The translations under genes were made by a program, and so were the position numbers. The notes beneath the pieces were generated by a model, which searched no databases, was not told the origin of the DNA, and was given only the letters and a program-made list of their open reading frames with translations. A stretch of 64,000 nt of DNA from Candidatus Dormiibacterota bacterium (lineage in GTDB: Bacteria > Chloroflexota > Dormibacteria > Aeolococcales > Aeolococcaceae): the NCBI GenBank assembly GCA_963709585.1, contig CAVPXI010000008.1:32001-96000 (forward strand), written 5' to 3'. Positions 60,672-64,000 of this stretch are shown one piece after another. The number at the start of each line of letters is the position of its first letter. Position 1 is the first letter of the stretch.

Positions 60672-61314
60672 TCAGACCGGCTGAGCCGCCTTGAGCCGCT
60701 GCGATGCGATCCAGCGGTCGAGCGGGTCACCGAGACTCGAAGGACGTGATCAGCGCATATCGCGGATTCGGTCCCGGGTTGTGCACGACGTGATACAGGC
60801 GCTCGGTATCGAGCACGAGTTGCCGGCGCGGATGCAGCGGGATGCGCGTCTCCGTGGACGGATCATCGCGAACCTCGCGCAGGATGAACTCCGACCCCTC
60901 GGGAGCGTTGAGCTCGAGCCAGGCACGGACCACCCAACCTTCGCCGTCGGGATTGAGACGGTTGTTGTCGTCCTGATGCAGCTGGCGCAGTGCATCGGTT
61001 TCCGACGATGGGTTCAGCTTGATCACCCGGACGCGCCCGTATCTCGCCCCCACCGCCTCGACGTACTTGCACAGGGTCGGCGCGATCTCGCGGTTCGACG
61101 TCCAGATCCCGTCCTTGTCCGGCTTGCCGTGGTCCCAGAAGCCGGCACACTCCATCTCACCCTTCGCCGACGCAAGCGGTGCGAAGTTGGTGTCGCCGCC
61201 CGATTTCCAGTCGACGTACTCGAGACGTTCCCACTCCTCCGGGGGGATCGCCGGACCGTCGCCGAGGATTGCGTAGCCGTTCTCGGCAAGCACGTCGAGT
61301 TTGATGTGAGCCAT
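60672..61314 (-). CDS. Conserved hypothetical, 2OG-Fe(II)/cupin-like (frameshift ~60733)
   Basis: LHQD...YHVVHN...RYALI resembles an HxD...H...R oxygenase pattern; the C-terminus continues in a shifted frame. Confidence 0.6.
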
Positions 61315-61402
61315 GGAACTACCTCTCGATGTCTGGACGCACCGCAACCAACGCCGGATCAGCCGCTAGGCTACAGCACCGCCCACGCCGGTAAGCTCAT
61401 GC

Positions 61403-62188
61403 GTGGTGACAGACGATCTCGCGCTCGCGATCGAGCTCGCGGACGTCGCTGACGGCATCTCGATGGAGCGATTCCGGGCTCACGACCTCAAGATCGACTC
61501 GAAGCCCGACCTCTCGCCGGTGACCGAGGCCGATCGGGCGATCGAGACCTACGCTCGCGAGCGGATCGGTGCGGAGCGCCCGAACCACGCGATCATCGGC
61601 GAGGAGTTCGGCGTGGTCGGCGATCGGGGCGCCACCTGGCGCTGGGTGATCGACCCGATCGACGGCACCCGGAGCTTCGTCCGCGGCAACGAGACCTGGG
61701 CGACGTTGATAGCCCTCCAGCGCGACGGGGAATCAGTGGTTGGGGTGGCGTCCGCGCCGGCGATGCGGCTGCGTTTCCACGCCACCCTCGGCGGGGGCGC
61801 ATTTCTCAACGGACGCCGGATCCACGTGTCGAAGATCACGGAGATCTCCGAAGCGCTGATCACCCACACCGCGATCCGGGGCTTCGTGATCACCAAGCAG
61901 GCCGAGAGGCTCGTTGCCCTTGCCGGCCGTTGCTGGGACGCGCGCGGTGTGGGCAACTCGATGTCGCACCTCGCCGTGGCTCGGGGCACCGCGGACATCG
62001 GCTGGACATCCCGGGCGAACCTGTGGGATTACGCGGCGCTCAAGCTCGTCGTCACCGAGGCCGGCGGTCGCTTCACCGATCGCAGCGCCGACGATCCCGT
62101 GCTTGGCGGCACCGGCATCTCGTCGAACGGACTGCTCCACGACCTGGTGCTCGAAGCTGCCGGGTACCCGGCCGAGGAGGCGCGATGA
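61403..62188 (+). CDS. hisN: Histidinol-phosphate phosphatase (inositol monophosphatase family)
   Basis: KPDLSPVTEAD, GEEFG, WVIDPIDGT.SFVRG...WATLIAL, WDYAA. Confidence 0.75.
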   Translation: MVTDDLALAIELADVADGISMERFRAHDLKIDSKPDLSPVTEADRAIETYARERIGAERPNHAIIGEEFGVVGDRGATWRWVIDPIDGTRSFVRGNETWATLIALQRDGESVVGVASAPAMRLRFHATLGGGAFLNGRRIHVSKITEISEALITHTAIRGFVITKQAERLVALAGRCWDARGVGNSMSHLAVARGTADIGWTSRANLWDYAALKLVVTEAGGRFTDRSADDPVLGGTGISSNGLLHDLVLEAAGYPAEEAR

Positions 62189-62190
62189 AG

Positions 62191-64000
62191 CTAGAGGTGG
62201 ATGCCTCGCATCAGCATCCCGAGTGCGTAGGCCTCGGGAGTCACGGGTTCATCGCTGCGCTCGCCCTCCGCATCCGGTTGTGAGGAGCTGTCCGGCATCA
62301 TCTGGAAAGCGCCGGCCATGATCAGCTGATGGACGTTGGGCGCGATCGCGTGGACGAGCTCACCGAACTTCCCGACACGCGTGGACACCTCGTGCGGCCG
62401 CTTGATGAGCGCTTCGATGACCATGTCGGCCGCCTCGTCGGAGCTGATCGTCGGGAAGTTCTTGTACATCCCGGTGGGCTCGATCATCGGCGTGCGCACC
62501 AGTGGCATGTGGATGGTGGTGACTGCGATGCCGTCGGCCGCCACCTCGGGCGCGAAGCAGCGTGAGAACCCGTCCAACGCATTCTTGCTCGCGACGTACG
62601 CGGCAAATCGTGGTGGGTACGCCTGCCCGCCGATCGACGTGATGTTGATGATGTGCCCATCCCGCCGCTCGCGCATCCCCGTGATCACCGCCATGATGAG
62701 CGCGATCGCCCCGAAGTAATTCAGCTTCATGGTGCGCTCGAAATCGTGGAAGCGGTCCAGCGAGTCGAGCACCGATCGCCGGATCGACCGTCCGGCGTTG
62801 TTGATCAGGACGTCGACGCGGCCGTGGTCGGCGATCACCCGCTCGATGAGGAGCGTGCACGCGTGGTGGTCACTGAGGTCGGTGGGATACGCGTACGCCG
62901 TGCCGCCCGCGCTCCCGACCTCGGCGCGCATCTCCTCGAGCTGTTCGACGCGCCGCGCGACCCCGATGATCGTCGCTCCTGAGACCGCCAAGTGTTTGCA
63001 CACCGCTCGCCCGATCCCACTCGAGGCGCCCGTGATCACCACGACGCGGCCGCCGACCACCCGGCGCACGTTGGCGTGACTCGGCAGTTGCGGGTCGAGG
63101 TGTCGCTCCCAGTAGTCCCACACCTTCCAGGCGTACTCGTGGAGCGGCGGACAGGAGACCCCGCTGCCGGCCAGTGCCGTCTGCGCGCCGGTCGCGTCGA
63201 AGGTCGCCGGATAGTCCATGTACGTGAACGCCGCCTCGGGAATACCGAGGCGCGACAATGCCTGCTCGCGCATTCGCTTGACCGCGGGCAGCGAACCCAC
63301 AGCCGCGAATCCGCCGGGAATCATCCGCGCCATGCGCCGGTCGATGCGAAGTGCGAACTCCGGTGCGTGCGCGGCTCTGCAGAAGGTGTTGAGCGTGTCA
63401 CCGAGCGACATCGGCGCGGGGTCGACGATGTGGAACGCGCGACCGTCGAGACCCTCGAGATGCGCGATGTGGTCGATCGCCTTGGCGACGAAGTCGACCG
63501 GAACGACGTTGAACGGTCCGCCCTCGGGGCCGATGAACGGCACCCACTGGGGAAACGCGTCGCGCATCTGCTGGATGAGCTTGAACGCGTAGTACGGGCC
63601 GTCGACGCGATCCGCCTCGCCGGTGTCGGACGAACCGATGACCATGCCGGGGCGATACACCCGCCAGGGGACGGTCGCCTCGGTGCGCACGATCCGTTCC
63701 GACTCGTGCTTGGTCTTGTAATAAGGATGGTCGAGCGCCTGACCCTCGTCGAACATCGCCTCGGTGAAGGAGCCTTTGAACCGTCCCGCGACGGCGATCG
63801 AGCTGACCAGGTGCAGGCAGCCCGCGCCCACCTGGTTGGCGAGACCGACGACGTTGCGCGTGCCGGTGACGTTGGCACGCTCGGTCTCGTCGGCCGGCGC
63901 GGTCAGGTCGTAGACGGCGGCGAGATGAAACACGTGAGCCCCGCGGAGCTGCTCGCGATCGTCCACGGAAAGCCCAAGCCCCGGCTCGACCAGTTCGCCG
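62191..64000 (-). CDS. Two-domain SDR, fatty acyl-CoA reductase-like (5' truncated by window edge)
   Basis: HLAAVYD, YYKTK; second domain TGASSGIG, NNAGRSIRR, YVASK, HMPLVRTPMI. Confidence 0.88.
   Translation of the reverse strand, partial: GELVEPGLGLSVDDREQLRGAHVFHLAAVYDLTAPADETERANVTGTRNVVGLANQVGAGCLHLVSSIAVAGRFKGSFTEAMFDEGQALDHPYYKTKHESERIVRTEATVPWRVYRPGMVIGSSDTGEADRVDGPYYAFKLIQQMRDAFPQWVPFIGPEGGPFNVVPVDFVAKAIDHIAHLEGLDGRAFHIVDPAPMSLGDTLNTFCRAAHAPEFALRIDRRMARMIPGGFAAVGSLPAVKRMREQALSRLGIPEAAFTYMDYPATFDATGAQTALAGSGVSCPPLHEYAWKVWDYWERHLDPQLPSHANVRRVVGGRVVVITGASSGIGRAVCKHLAVSGATIIGVARRVEQLEEMRAEVGSAGGTAYAYPTDLSDHHACTLLIERVIADHGRVDVLINNAGRSIRRSVLDSLDRFHDFERTMKLNYFGAIALIMAVITGMRERRDGHIINITSIGGQAYPPRFAAYVASKNALDGFSRCFAPEVAADGIAVTTIHMPLVRTPMIEPTGMYKNFPTISSDEAADMVIEALIKRPHEVSTRVGKFGELVHAIAPNVHQLIMAGAFQMMPDSSSQPDAEGERSDEPVTPEAYALGMLMRGIHL

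Noticed and set aside
60727-60729. Second possible Sec codon (TGA) in the cupin-like gene
   Set aside because: The plausible C-terminus continues in a different frame and no SECIS is evident. It is better explained as an indel.
1-64000. CRISPR array, rRNA or prophage structural genes
   Set aside because: No regularly spaced repeats, cas genes, rRNA-like segments or capsid/terminase motifs were seen.

Overview
High-GC bacterial chromosomal window that resembles Actinomycetota/Dormibacterota gene content; taxonomy cannot be fixed from sequence alone. From left to right it contains: (1) a xylose-type ABC/ROK locus with an exact 1033-bp internal duplication; (2) a KimA/APC-type transporter fused to an OB-fold, divergent from two TrkA/RCK genes; (3) a benzoate-CoA ligase with boxB and boxC but no boxA; (4) a complete selenocysteine cassette (selD, tRNA-Sec, selA, selB) next to a Sec-containing formate dehydrogenase with a visible SECIS; (5) an accessory region with an IS110 element whose 5' non-coding end contains guide segments matching both its own donor junction and its genomic target, i.e. 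a readable bridge RNA; (6) two tandem islands integrated at tRNA-Gly(GCC). The tRNA-proximal island is a ~9-kb integrative mobilizable element (tyrosine integrase, MOBF relaxase-helicase, R388-like oriT/nic, DUF4913-like protein, nuclease and protease cargo). About a dozen single frameshifts, several in homopolymers, suggest long-read indel errors. All family assignments come from motif recognition by eye, not database searches.
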